Sequence record: PZ495249.1
DNA length: 64,000 nt
Reading direction: 5' to 3' (one strand)
Source: a phage
Position 1 is the stretch's first letter. Each line of letters opens with the position of its first letter. A program made the translations under genes and the position numbers. The notes below the pieces were generated by a model, which saw only the letters and a list, made by a program, of their open reading frames with translations, searched no databases and was not told where the DNA came from. Of the stretch, positions 1-9,993 are shown one piece after another.

Positions 1-404
1 ACTGGTTCAGTCGAATCGGTTGCAGTAGAAATCTTAGGAATGAAGCAAGCCGGATAAAGCCCACACGGTTGAATTAAAGTGCTTCCACTGGAAGAGTCAC
101 CAGATGTTTGGAATGCATTAGATGGATCTCGTTCAGAGAAGATCACCACTCCAATATCCCCCGCTTTAATCGGGAATGAAATGCGTCCAGTACCACCACC
201 ATTTACCATAAAGGGTACATCGTGGAATGTTGGGTAGTCAATTTCATCATCAGTAGAACGTGTGTTCTTTACGATAGATTCCAGTGTAACTGTTTTACCG
301 CCGTAATCAACGCCTGTAACACGTACAGGCAATGATGTATGAACTTCCGCAAGTTGCTCCAGCATTAAACCTCGAAGAGAGGTTACAAAATTAAGAGCGT
401 CCAT
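1..404 (-). CDS. partial CDS, tail/baseplate-associated protein (N-terminus in window, continues past left edge)
   Basis: Minus-strand ATG at 402-404 overlaps the stop of the upstream gene (TAATG); frame stays open to the window edge (MDALNFVTSLRGL...). Confidence 0.4.
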   Translation of the reverse strand, partial: MDALNFVTSLRGLMLEQLAEVHTSLPVRVTGVDYGGKTVTLESIVKNTRSTDDEIDYPTFHDVPFMVNGGGTGRISFPIKAGDIGVVIFSERDPSNAFQTSGDSSSGSTLIQPCGLYPACFIPKISTATDSTEP

Positions 405-1423
405 TATTTACCTTTCTTGATAATTGCGGATACAGATACAGACTCAACTTCTGTTGTCCAATCTTTCCCTTCTTTGTCGCCAGTGTGTGTCACAGACACA
501 ACTTTAAATCCACCATCATAATCATGACTCTTGAGCCAAACTGTTTTCTCTGGTAGAATAGCACCATTCATTTCACATTTGAATTTAACACCATCAGTAG
601 GTTTCTTAGCCTTCTTAGAAGACTTGGTAACTTTCTGGGTTGGTTTAATATCGTTGTGGAAAGGTTCGGGACTTCCTATTAAACCTGTCTCTGGGCTAAT
701 GTACGCACAACGTGCGCTTGACATTTGAGAACGAGGTGTAACATAAACTGAACCATCTTGAATAGACACGTTATGATCGATACTTCGACAAATATGTTCA
801 AGATAGTGCGAAGTGTTTCCGCACATCGCTGTGGCTGATGAAAGTGTTTGGTCTGTGTCAATGTGAATATTACCCTCGGTTGTACCGAGATCTTTCACCA
901 GGTCACTTACTACTTTCTTAACCTTAGTACCTTTTGGATAACTACGACTTGTACGGGCTTCGGCAATGTTAATGCCACCATCAAGGCAATGTAACACTGT
1001 CTTGCGTTCCGTGTTATTGAATGTGTCACTTACCCATTGCACAGTTCCTTTGAAAATCATAACTAAATCTTGACCTTCATATCCAACTGCCAATGCAACT
1101 GCCAAGTTGTTTCGGATAGAACGGTTAATATAGTTTACTGTGTCATCTGATAAGTTATAAATAGTAATCTCTGCCTGATTAGGATCTTTATTATTATCTT
1201 TCTTTACTGTGAAAGATATTTGATGTTCCGTAAGTAGATATAAATTAGCAGACGACTTTGTTGTACTTGAAATCTTTGTGTCCAAATCAACTGTCGATTT
1301 AAATGAAGAGTTCTTAGTACGTTTCTTTGAAGTATCGGTAGCTGTACCGATTAGAAGCTTATAGGCTCTATTTAAGTTAGGAGCCGGAGCTTTCGTATAT
1401 TGTCTTTCTGTTGTATCTGCCAC
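404..1423 (-). CDS. tail/baseplate structural protein, 339 aa
   Basis: Long minus-strand ORF in the tail module, co-directional and tightly packed with neighbours; no recognisable catalytic motif. Confidence 0.45.
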   Translation of the reverse strand: MADTTERQYTKAPAPNLNRAYKLLIGTATDTSKKRTKNSSFKSTVDLDTKISSTTKSSANLYLLTEHQISFTVKKDNNKDPNQAEITIYNLSDDTVNYINRSIRNNLAVALAVGYEGQDLVMIFKGTVQWVSDTFNNTERKTVLHCLDGGINIAEARTSRSYPKGTKVKKVVSDLVKDLGTTEGNIHIDTDQTLSSATAMCGNTSHYLEHICRSIDHNVSIQDGSVYVTPRSQMSSARCAYISPETGLIGSPEPFHNDIKPTQKVTKSSKKAKKPTDGVKFKCEMNGAILPEKTVWLKSHDYDGGFKVVSVTHTGDKEGKDWTTEVESVSVSAIIKKGK

Positions 1424-1434
1424 GTAACCTCCTA

Positions 1435-1854
1435 TTAAGCTTGATCAGATACTGCATCTATGTAGACAAGTGCAAAACGTTTATCTAATCCGGTTGTTGT
1501 GAAACCTGGTCTTCCGTTCATCTTCACTGTGTCTACCAAGAAAAGCTGTCCATCTGGTACTGATTCTAAATGTTTGTACGGCAACAGTAAGTCTAAACCG
1601 TTTGTAATCTTGAAGGTAATACTCGGATCATCCCCAGATAACCCCAACTGACATTGCCAGGATTCATCTCTGGTGTTCCAACGCAGACGAATATCGTAAT
1701 CTACTCCATCCAGTGTTACGGTGTAAGTTTGATCTGGGTATTCTTCTGTCTTGAGATACCATGCGAAATATGTTGAACGGTCGTCAAGGAATACTGCTTT
1801 GTAGCCAGTGTTCGTTGTTGTACGGCTGGCTTGAGAGAATGAAGAAATAGCCAT
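1435..1854 (-). CDS. tail-associated protein, 139 aa
   Basis: ORF in tail module; its start overlaps the stop of the upstream gene at 1854. Confidence 0.4.
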   Translation of the reverse strand: MAISSFSQASRTTTNTGYKAVFLDDRSTYFAWYLKTEEYPDQTYTVTLDGVDYDIRLRWNTRDESWQCQLGLSGDDPSITFKITNGLDLLLPYKHLESVPDGQLFLVDTVKMNGRPGFTTTGLDKRFALVYIDAVSDQA

Positions 1855-2558
1855 TATCTTCCTGTCGGACCTCCGTTGTTAAGATTAGACGTTCCTGTTG
1901 TATCACCAGTACGCTGAGTTAAATCACCCTGTGGTGCAACAACCTTCTGCTTAACTGTGCCACCGACGTTCTTGTTGGCTTTGGTTTTAGTTGCAATTAT
2001 GTTTGTTTCGCCATAGGATACAAGACGAATTTGCTCAAACTCCAATTCAAATTGCATGGCATATTCAGATTGATAGTCGTAAGAAATTCCCTTGAGGATC
2101 ACATTTTCATAAACTCTATGTTCTGTGATAAGAATAATTGGTTGACGCGCATCAAAAATCTGGTCAAGATAGGTGATAGCCTGACTAATACGTGTTCCGT
2201 TAACTCCTGCACTGTAGAGCATGTCCCTCATAAGACGGACAGGCGTTTCAGTTATCATACCCGATAATGTGAATGTGTTGTTCTTAATTTGCACATGGTC
2301 TGATACGTCAGCGCCATTTTCTACAGGATAACTTGTAACGTCTGCTTGACGTTTAATCCCTACACTCGGAACGGCATCGAACACAATGGCTTGAAAGTTC
2401 TGAATGTACTGATCGCTGGAACTGTTGTAGATGCTTGCAAGAATACAAAATCCGTTTTCACTTTTTACCGTAGAACTGGTATTACTATTCTGCGTAGAGT
2501 TAATGGCTCTTTCCATTTCGGACATTTCGCCAGTGTTTTGGCTTGGTTGTGTTGCCAT
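1854..2558 (-). CDS. tail-associated protein, 234 aa
   Basis: ORF immediately downstream of the tape-measure-like gene. Confidence 0.4.
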   Translation of the reverse strand: MATQPSQNTGEMSEMERAINSTQNSNTSSTVKSENGFCILASIYNSSSDQYIQNFQAIVFDAVPSVGIKRQADVTSYPVENGADVSDHVQIKNNTFTLSGMITETPVRLMRDMLYSAGVNGTRISQAITYLDQIFDARQPIILITEHRVYENVILKGISYDYQSEYAMQFELEFEQIRLVSYGETNIIATKTKANKNVGGTVKQKVVAPQGDLTQRTGDTTGTSNLNNGGPTGR

Positions 2559-2639
2559 GTTTTACCTCTTAGTTAGTTTAGGGTGGATCTTCCCATATGA
2601 CTTATTTTAACACATATAGCAAGAGTTTGTCAAGAGAAA

Positions 2640-2666
2640 CGAAAAAACCCCGCCGAAGCGAGGTTT
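2640..2666 (-). terminator. putative intrinsic terminator (minus strand)
   Basis: Minus-strand RNA CCUCGC-UUCG-GCGGGG hairpin followed by UUUUUU, directly after the tape-measure-like gene. Confidence 0.4.
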
Positions 2667-2670
2667 ATCA

Positions 2671-4629
2671 TTATCCGCCAGTTGATGAACCACCACTTGA
2701 CATTTGTAATGTCAGTGACTGAGTGTATGAGTTACTGAATTCATTCATACGAGCATCAAACATGTTCTGGAATCCGTAGCTGTCTGGTGTAATCAGAACT
2801 TGGAACGCCTCTTTAGGGATCGTCAGAGTGTTCTGTACTAATAGTTGAGACTGCGTAGGACGATAAGAGTTAGCACCAAGAGTTGCTTGGTTAGCAGCAA
2901 AACTGTATGGGTCCATACTTGCGTAGCTGTTTGCAAATCCAACCTGGTTCGGACCGAGAGCAGCCTGTCCAGCCATAAGGTTAGGATCTTGTACGCCAGG
3001 GATCATGTTCAGATTGGCTGCGCTATTCATCATACTATTCCAACGAGCTACCAACCAACCAACTGCACTATCTTCATAGTACAAGCCGTTATCGGAAAGT
3101 TTTTCATGCTTATTCTCAGGATTAATACTTACAACCCAACTTGCAAGAGATGCAAGAGCGACAGCAATTTCACCCGCTGATTTACCGATCTCTTTCGCTG
3201 CATTCATGAATAGAGGAACATTCTTCTGGAACTCAGGAGCTTCCTTCATTGCATCCATGAAACCAACCACCATGTTAGCGCTAAAACCGTCACCGAACTG
3301 ATTCATTTTCTCTGAAAGAATAACGTACTGTTGAGCGGCTTTGATTTGTTGATCAGTTAGCGCACCACCAGTTTGAGTTAACTGGCGAACCATGTCCATG
3401 TACTCTTTACCGTTGTCCAGGAACATACGTTGGTAGTGCATTAAGTCATCACCTAAGTTTTCCATTAGACGACCAATCTGCGCAGAGTTCATACCACGAC
3501 GCTGACCTTCATTCACAGTTGCCTGGATAAAGTCAAGAGGTCTGTTCTGGAATTGTTTAAGCTGATCAATGTTCCAACCAAACTGGTTCATGATATCGTT
3601 AATACCGCTATCACCACCTTTCCACTTCCCTGATTTTTGGTCAAAGGTAGAGTTCATCGCAGAGTTACCTAAGCGTTCACGAACGTCTTTGATGTTGTCG
3701 ATTGCTTTGATGATGTTAGCTGAGTCAACACCGTTCACACGTCCCCAGGCTTGCATAGCTAAGATTGCGTTAGGGTTAGTCTGTACGTTCTGAGCACCAC
3801 GAGAAATCATGTTGGTACGTTCAGCACTCTTCGACATTGTTTCCTGAATACGGCGTAGTCCTTCAACCACTCCAGCACCAAGAATAGCCCCTGCAATCAT
3901 GCTTGGGTTAAGTCCTAAACCACCTTCTTTGATTCTATCATAACGACGAGCACGATCTCTTGCTCTTTGATCCTGTTCACGCTTCTGTTCACGTTCACGA
4001 AGTTTACGTTCTCTTTCACGTTGACGAATACGGGCTTTTGCGATAGCCTCTTCTTCACGTTTGACACGGCGACGGCCTCTCACTTCATCTTCGATCTCTG
4101 CGTTCTTAGCGCGGTGAGAACGACGAATGTTATCAAGCTGATGAGCCATTGTTTGGTTTAAACGTTGAAGAGTGATTTGCTCTTGACGATATAAATCTAA
4201 CGTCTGTGAGACAATACGGTTTGCTTGTTGGAGTGTAGCGTTATCGGCTTTTGGAAGCTGTGCTGCTCGGAACGAGAAGTTTTCCATCTTCATGTTCGCG
4301 ATATCATTTCTACGTACAGCCGGATCTACCTTCGGTGGTTTTGGCGGCTTAGGTGGACGTGGAGGAGGTGGCGCGGGTGGTGGATTACCACCGCCAGCAC
4401 CTGGAGGAGGATTGCCCCCTCCGGCTCCGCGCATAGCGTCACGAATACGTTTAGCGTAACGTTCCATCTCTTGCATCTGGCGTCTAATCTTCGTCATGTT
4501 CAATGACGGTTGAATACCTTCCGCAAAATTTTTGATACCTTGGATGGAATCCTTTGCCTCTTTCAGACTCTGTTTATCCACCGTAAAGGTAACGGTGTTT
4601 TTGATTTTCGAAGTGTTAATTTCTAACAA
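2671..4629 (-). CDS. putative tail tape measure protein, 652 aa
   Basis: Position after tube/sheath/chaperone genes; charged coiled-coil stretch (RQRERERKLREREQKREQ...); Pro/Gly-rich repeat GGGNPPPGAGGGNPPPAPPPPRPPKPPKPP. Confidence 0.5.
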   Translation of the reverse strand: MLEINTSKIKNTVTFTVDKQSLKEAKDSIQGIKNFAEGIQPSLNMTKIRRQMQEMERYAKRIRDAMRGAGGGNPPPGAGGGNPPPAPPPPRPPKPPKPPKVDPAVRRNDIANMKMENFSFRAAQLPKADNATLQQANRIVSQTLDLYRQEQITLQRLNQTMAHQLDNIRRSHRAKNAEIEDEVRGRRRVKREEEAIAKARIRQRERERKLREREQKREQDQRARDRARRYDRIKEGGLGLNPSMIAGAILGAGVVEGLRRIQETMSKSAERTNMISRGAQNVQTNPNAILAMQAWGRVNGVDSANIIKAIDNIKDVRERLGNSAMNSTFDQKSGKWKGGDSGINDIMNQFGWNIDQLKQFQNRPLDFIQATVNEGQRRGMNSAQIGRLMENLGDDLMHYQRMFLDNGKEYMDMVRQLTQTGGALTDQQIKAAQQYVILSEKMNQFGDGFSANMVVGFMDAMKEAPEFQKNVPLFMNAAKEIGKSAGEIAVALASLASWVVSINPENKHEKLSDNGLYYEDSAVGWLVARWNSMMNSAANLNMIPGVQDPNLMAGQAALGPNQVGFANSYASMDPYSFAANQATLGANSYRPTQSQLLVQNTLTIPKEAFQVLITPDSYGFQNMFDARMNEFSNSYTQSLTLQMSSGGSSTGG

Positions 4630-4644
4630 GGGATTCCTCCGCTA

Positions 4645-4839
4645 TTACTCGTTAGGGATCATATTCTTGAAGACATTATCCAGTTGTTTAACTGTACGTT
4701 GTTGTCCTCGTTTAATATCATGATCTTTGGCATAAAGCGCCTCAACATATTCTTCGTAAGTCAGATATTCATACAACTTGAGAAGATAGTCCACCCCGTA
4801 GTTATCCAGCGTGTACAATGTTTCAGAGGTGTGTTTCAC
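4645..4839 (-). CDS. small tail-module ORF, 64 aa, possible frameshift extension of the chaperone
   Basis: Short ORF between chaperone-like gene and tape measure, in a different frame. Confidence 0.3.
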   Translation of the reverse strand: MKHTSETLYTLDNYGVDYLLKLYEYLTYEEYVEALYAKDHDIKRGQQRTVKQLDNVFKNMIPNE

Positions 4840-4919
4840 TACTTTACAGAGAATAACTTCATACCATGTTAAGCTAATTGTTTGCGAGGCAATGTCAATT
4901 GCATGTTTAATGGCTGGAT

Positions 4920-5420
4920 TTAGCTCTTCGCCAGGCTCTCTATTCCTTTGAACTGTGTCAACAGTTTTCCGAAACCTCGTTTGAAAAAAGGGGAATAGTT
5001 CACCTCAAGAACTTTCGCAGTTAATTCAATTACGAGTTCAGGGTGAGCAAAGAATAATTCGTCGAAGTTTTCTGATACGTTATGACCAGATTCAGTATAA
5101 ACCTCATCAAGAATTTTCTGGAGGAATAACGCCAGGTTCTTTTCTTCCAATCCTGAGAATAGCTGAATAAGTGCCATCGCAATACGCGCTTCAAGATCCT
5201 CGTCTGCTGACGAAGTAGCCGTGTCATACATGATCATTGGGACAGCTAATACGCTTCCCAGTTCAGGAATCCTTTCAAATACTTTGGTTGGACTCCATTT
5301 TAAAATTCTGAATCGGACAGAACGACCTTCATCAAGTTCAATGTCTACGATTTCTTCTGGACGTGCATACTTTTGGATAGTATTATCTTTCTGTTTTTCC
5401 ATTATATATTCCTCTCTCAA
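4920..5420 (-). CDS. putative tail assembly chaperone, 166 aa
   Basis: Gene between tube and tape-measure genes, acidic; position-based call. Confidence 0.4.
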   Translation of the reverse strand: MREEYIMEKQKDNTIQKYARPEEIVDIELDEGRSVRFRILKWSPTKVFERIPELGSVLAVPMIMYDTATSSADEDLEARIAMALIQLFSGLEEKNLALFLQKILDEVYTESGHNVSENFDELFFAHPELVIELTAKVLEVNYSPFFKRGFGKLLTQFKGIESLAKS

Positions 5421-5449
5421 AAAATAAAGGGCATTGCTGCCCTTTTATA

Positions 5450-5929
5450 TTACTGAATGGTCAGCGCAGAAATTGAGTTCAGCGCGTTAACGCCAACACC
5501 AATTGTTGAGCGAAGCAGAGTCGCATCTTGCAGACCGATTACCCACTGGTTTTCCTGAATAGTGTCACCGATGGTATCGTCTGGTTGACTTTGAATCCAA
5601 CCAATGGTAGTAATGTAGTAACCGCGAGGGTCTTCCAGGTATACGCTGAAAGCTACTGCGCGAGTAGAATACATTTGCTGTGCATAGGCTGAAAGAACTT
5701 CATTAGCCGGAGATGTACGTTGCAAAGACATAGTTAGCGTACCAAGACGGTTACGGCTAAGCGCTAATGAAACATCACCATCAGTACCAGCATATGGGTT
5801 GATGATATCGTTGGTTTTAGATACTACGATCTTAGTATCTGAGGCAAAGCCCCACGGTTCCCAACCACCCAGAGAAAGAATTACCTGAGAAGGGTCGTAG
5901 GCCATCATGCCTGTAAGCATTTTATCCAA
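5450..5929 (-). CDS. putative tail tube protein, 159 aa
   Basis: About 160 aa ORF directly downstream of the sheath-like gene; size and synteny typical of myovirus tube proteins. Confidence 0.5.
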   Translation of the reverse strand: MDKMLTGMMAYDPSQVILSLGGWEPWGFASDTKIVVSKTNDIINPYAGTDGDVSLALSRNRLGTLTMSLQRTSPANEVLSAYAQQMYSTRAVAFSVYLEDPRGYYITTIGWIQSQPDDTIGDTIQENQWVIGLQDATLLRSTIGVGVNALNSISALTIQ

Positions 5930-5979
5930 AGTGGATCTCCTTTACTTGTGTATAAGCGGGGCTTTCACCCCGCCCTCGA

Positions 5980-7386
5980 TTATGAGGATACTGTAGTGCT
6001 GTTAGAGTTCTGTACGTTGGCAGTACGGTTCGTTAGAACGTTCACCTGCACTTTAACGTAGTGGAAGAATCCAGCATATACATACTCAATCACCATACCG
6101 TCTACCAGGCGCTGGTTGATTTGCGCATCGGTCATGTCGGCACGAGATGGGATGTAAACCGTTGGTTTCAGACTCACAAGCAGTCCAGTTTCTTCTGAGG
6201 TAACTACTTCGTTAGAAATAGAACCGTTACGAATACCCACTTGGATTGGGTTTGCCATTACCGCTTGACGAATCAGAGCGATACCAGCAGATGTTGCACG
6301 AACACCGCTTCCAAGCATTGATTGCTGCTTGAACAGAGTGAATAGAGATTCTTCTGTACGAGCTTTGAACCACAGTGAGTGAACAACGTAGTCAACGAAG
6401 AACCCATTAACCATGAAGCCATCACGATAGAACAGTACGCCGTGTTCTTTACGGTAGATGTTACCATTCTGTTGAACAATATAGTTCTCGGAAGTCTGAT
6501 CCAGTTTTTCAATCTCAATACCAACCAGAGTCTTACCGTGAAGGGTAGTCGTACCAGGTTGAGCAGAGCAGATTGAACCTACAACCGCAGCTTCTGGGAA
6601 TACAGTGTCAGCTTTCGTCATCCACAGGGCAAAACAAGTGTTCACATAACCCATGTCGCCAAGGCGTTCAAGGATGTTATCTGTGGCCTTAGTTTTGATG
6701 CCAGGTTCAGAGCTTGAGAAGAAGTACACTTTATCGTGTTCTTCAACATACCCTGCTACGTCAATGATATCCTGATCTACGTGAGAATCAGAAACTACCC
6801 AGAAGTAACTGTTATCTTCGTTAGAGATTGCTGTCAGATCTTCGAGAATAGAGTTCTCATAAGTTGTTACGCTTGTGAAACCTTGGCTTGATACGGAAGC
6901 AAATTTACCTGCTTTCGGTGCGAAGGTCATCTTAGCTCCATCGTTTGCCACGGTGAAGAAAGCGTTATAAGTTGTGTCTGCGTTGATCATTTCGGTTAAA
7001 CCTACTACGATCTCTTGCGCAGTTGCAGTGTCGTCAGAAACGAACTTGAAGTCCTTGCTCTTAGTACCGTTCTTGATAGTTACAATGTAGGTGTAGCTAT
7101 CTGTTACAATCGGTGTTAGAGTGAACTGGTCAACGTCACGTTTACCAACGATTACTTGTTGTGGTGCGAACAGTCCATCAAATAGCAGTTTTGCCATTTT
7201 ATAAGCTGGATCGCTCGTACTGAAACCTGCCGCCAGAAGTGCATCTGACGAAGTGAAGTAGTCAACTAAATTACCTGTTACAGAATGCCCTGTAAGAATT
7301 AGCGGAATGTCGAACTGAACTTCACTAATTGCAGTAGCACCGTAGGTAAGAGTAACGGAAACTACCTTTTCGCGAAAAGTTGCCAT
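5980..7386 (-). CDS. putative contractile tail sheath protein, 468 aa
   Basis: Large ORF upstream of the tube gene; size and position as in sheath-tube pairs. Confidence 0.55.
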   Translation of the reverse strand: MATFREKVVSVTLTYGATAISEVQFDIPLILTGHSVTGNLVDYFTSSDALLAAGFSTSDPAYKMAKLLFDGLFAPQQVIVGKRDVDQFTLTPIVTDSYTYIVTIKNGTKSKDFKFVSDDTATAQEIVVGLTEMINADTTYNAFFTVANDGAKMTFAPKAGKFASVSSQGFTSVTTYENSILEDLTAISNEDNSYFWVVSDSHVDQDIIDVAGYVEEHDKVYFFSSSEPGIKTKATDNILERLGDMGYVNTCFALWMTKADTVFPEAAVVGSICSAQPGTTTLHGKTLVGIEIEKLDQTSENYIVQQNGNIYRKEHGVLFYRDGFMVNGFFVDYVVHSLWFKARTEESLFTLFKQQSMLGSGVRATSAGIALIRQAVMANPIQVGIRNGSISNEVVTSEETGLLVSLKPTVYIPSRADMTDAQINQRLVDGMVIEYVYAGFFHYVKVQVNVLTNRTANVQNSNSTTVSS

Positions 7387-7420
7387 TTATGCTCCTGTTA
7401 GAAACTTTATTCCAATGAAT

Positions 7421-8098
7421 TTATCCGTTAGGATTATTAAATAATGATCCATCACTTGGCACATAAACCCCGTTAGGATTATGAGTGACGTAAACTCTAT
7501 CCAATGTTAAATCCAATGGATAAGGATCATCGTAAGTATCTCTGAATGAAAGAATGTGCATGTTGATTGCTTCAATTGGTGTGGTATCGAGGTCTTCGAT
7601 AATCATCTGCGTATTGAAGGTCATAAACATACGCGCTCTTGGTTCAGTTTTATCTCCATCCAGTACGGTGTTAGCTTGTGCAATATTACTTGCAGATAAG
7701 AAGCCAAGCCCTTTGGAATAAAGATACTGGTATTTTAATTCCTCTGCACCACGAAGAGCAGCCAGAACGTAAGTCATTAACGTCATCGGTCTACCACGAA
7801 CAGCAACAAGTTCTATTTCATACGTGTTGTCCATTGCATAGGATTGAGCCGATTGCGTGAATGAATATCTTTGTGACCACCCGCCTGAGTCATCAGACGA
7901 AACGATCCGTAGTGCCAGGTAGGGTGTTGTTGGTTTGACGAATGGTTTGTCCATTACATAAACCGGAAGCCCCGTTAATCTCTGTAAGAAACTCCCGATA
8001 TTAAGCAGGATGTTATTTTCATACAGTTCAATTTGTTCGTAGATATTAGCCAAAGTTGCCACCTTGTTCCGAATAAGAATATGTGTTGCTTTGGTCAT
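7421..8098 (-). CDS. neck/tail-completion protein, 225 aa
   Basis: ORF in the head-tail joining block; start may be an internal Met because the 5' end overlaps the upstream ORF. Confidence 0.35.
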   Translation of the reverse strand: MTKATHILIRNKVATLANIYEQIELYENNILLNIGSFLQRLTGLPVYVMDKPFVKPTTPYLALRIVSSDDSGGWSQRYSFTQSAQSYAMDNTYEIELVAVRGRPMTLMTYVLAALRGAEELKYQYLYSKGLGFLSASNIAQANTVLDGDKTEPRARMFMTFNTQMIIEDLDTTPIEAINMHILSFRDTYDDPYPLDLTLDRVYVTHNPNGVYVPSDGSLFNNPNG

Positions 8099-8489
8099 CT
8101 AAGATAGCCACACAATGTGTGTGAATCAGGAAGGAAGTTCTTGTCCAATCCTTTAAAGAGTAAATGGAGTACCACAGACCGTCAATTAAGATCATGTCCG
8201 GTAGTTGATTCGTTCCTTGCTGGATGCCTCTGATATCTGTTTTAGTCCAGAAGCTGTATTGAGCCTTAGATCTGTAACCTTCTGGAAGCGCCTGGAGAGT
8301 CTTGCCTGAAATAGGTTGCAAGCTCGCTGCTTCGATGGTAAATTCTTCGTAATCGACAGAGTTACCCATGTTGGCAATTGGCGAATCAGGATCTGAGACA
8401 TAGATTCTTCTACGTCCCTGATATGTTGTAAGATCAAGGAGAGTAAATTGGTCTAATAGCATTAGTATCTCCTTTTTAGTATACATCAA
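8046..8489 (-). CDS. neck/tail-completion protein, 147 aa
   Basis: ORF in the head-tail joining block. Confidence 0.35.
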   Translation of the reverse strand: MMYTKKEILMLLDQFTLLDLTTYQGRRRIYVSDPDSPIANMGNSVDYEEFTIEAASLQPISGKTLQALPEGYRSKAQYSFWTKTDIRGIQQGTNQLPDMILIDGLWYSIYSLKDWTRTSFLIHTHCVAILDDQSNTYSYSEQGGNFG

Positions 8490-8507
8490 AAACAGACTTA
8501 TTGCAAG

Positions 8508-8996
8508 TTATTTTTTCTTGCGACCACGCTTAACGTCTGACTCAATCGAGTTAATCAAGTGAGCAGTGTCGATAAGAATGTGAGTTGACATGTTGCCTCT
8601 GTCTTGACGAATCTTAATTGTCACAGGAGACAGCGGTTTATAACGTTGCAATGCAATTGCTTGCGCAATCCCTTCTCGTGTTGCCTTGGCAATAGGTTCG
8701 AATGCGCCCAATCCTTTACCTCTTAGCAGATAATCTCTGAACACGGATTGCCAGTGTTTAGGTATTTCTTTCGAAGCATGAAGCGCCCCGTCTGTTAAGA
8801 AGGGACGCGCAGGAACATTGTTGCTCTCGTTACCGAATTGTTGAATGGCAGCGATAGTAGGGATTGTGAGATCTGATTCAGGATGCATTTTCGGTTGAAG
8901 GAAACCTGCCTCTATTTCAATATAGTCCAGGGCTTCCATCTTGCGGAAATAATCTTCGAGAGACATATCATCGCCTTTAAGGATCTCACATTTCAT
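8508..8996 (-). CDS. head-tail joining protein, 162 aa
   Basis: ORF in the head-tail joining block. Confidence 0.35.
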   Translation of the reverse strand: MKCEILKGDDMSLEDYFRKMEALDYIEIEAGFLQPKMHPESDLTIPTIAAIQQFGNESNNVPARPFLTDGALHASKEIPKHWQSVFRDYLLRGKGLGAFEPIAKATREGIAQAIALQRYKPLSPVTIKIRQDRGNMSTHILIDTAHLINSIESDVKRGRKKK

Positions 8997-9544
8997 TATT
9001 TGTCTCTTCTGTAATAGCCTATGTTGCCATAATTACGGAGATAATTAATGTTACGTGTTTGTCTATCAACACTTGCAACCCCTCCGAGTCCGTTAACGGA
9101 ATCAGGATCACTGTTGACACGATCAATTTCACGAGCGCTAACGCCACCAACAATCACTTTACTCGTTACGCCACGTCCAGAAGCACAACCAGGAATCATC
9201 ATGTCACCATTGATATATCCATTGTAGATATCTTCCCAAGGTGATTTATATTCTGTTTGTCCGTTACTGAACACAACTTCAACTTGCACCTCTCCGACTT
9301 TTTCTTTGCGAGAGAGAGCACCACCAGATTGACTATTATGATTTAGTATATCGGTGTTCCACAGGTATTCAAGAACAGAGATTAAACTGTTCCACAGTAC
9401 AGCACATTTATTCGAGTCTTCATTCCCAAGAATATCAATCCAAGTTTGGATAATTGGGATTAGCACTTCATCCGGCAATACTTCCTGTGAAGGACTAAAT
9501 ACCAGGATACGAATCATAGGTGCGAGTTCAGTAGCAATAAGCAT
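8996..9544 (-). CDS. head-tail connector/adaptor protein, 182 aa
   Basis: ORF between capsid genes and tail genes; stop/start overlap with the next gene. Confidence 0.35.
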   Translation of the reverse strand: MLIATELAPMIRILVFSPSQEVLPDEVLIPIIQTWIDILGNEDSNKCAVLWNSLISVLEYLWNTDILNHNSQSGGALSRKEKVGEVQVEVVFSNGQTEYKSPWEDIYNGYINGDMMIPGCASGRGVTSKVIVGGVSAREIDRVNSDPDSVNGLGGVASVDRQTRNINYLRNYGNIGYYRRDK

Positions 9545-9554
9545 TACTCACTCC

Positions 9555-9914
9555 TTATTTTTTAAGGGATGTGCGTTGAGATCTTTTCTTAGCTGGAGTA
9601 TCTACGGCTTTAACTTCAATCTTTTCCGCAGGGGCTTGCTCGTCTAATTTGGTATAGTCTTCAAAGCTCACCAGGTAATAACCAACGTGTTCTTCGCTGC
9701 TGAATGGAAGCACTTTAAGACCAGTTTCTTCACGTAGACGCACAAGGAAGTGTACAAAGTTTCCACCAAGTGCTACTCTACCATCAGTTGTGTAGAAGGA
9801 CATTGGCGGCGCAACGCTCAGAGTCTTACCTGCATCGAGAGATGGGGCAAGAGAGGCGAAGTCCATGATCATTTCATGGTATGAAAAATAACGTTTTAGT
9901 TCAGGGCTTGACAT
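9555..9914 (-). CDS. head-associated protein, 119 aa
   Basis: ORF immediately downstream of the major capsid gene and its terminator. Confidence 0.35.
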   Translation of the reverse strand: MSSPELKRYFSYHEMIMDFASLAPSLDAGKTLSVAPPMSFYTTDGRVALGGNFVHFLVRLREETGLKVLPFSSEEHVGYYLVSFEDYTKLDEQAPAEKIEVKAVDTPAKKRSQRTSLKK

Positions 9915-9949
9915 TTGAGTTCTCCTCGTTTATATTCTTCTCATAACAA

Positions 9950-9982
9950 AAAAGCCCACCCGCAAGGGGCAGGCTTTTTAGA
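9950..9982 (-). terminator. intrinsic terminator after major capsid gene (looks bidirectional)
   Basis: GC-rich 8-bp hairpin (GCCCACCC...GGGGCAGGC) flanked by an A-run upstream and T-run downstream on the plus strand. Confidence 0.45.
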
Positions 9983-9993
9983 ATCCGTTAGGA

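Noticed and set aside
2671-4629. Reading the Pro-rich repeat (GGGNPPPGAGGGNPPPAPPPPRPPKPPKPP) of the 652-aa protein as a separate repeat feature or a collagen-like tail fibre.
   Set aside because: It is a short low-complexity linker inside one ORF with coiled-coil flanks; its position between chaperone and baseplate genes fits a tape-measure-like protein better.
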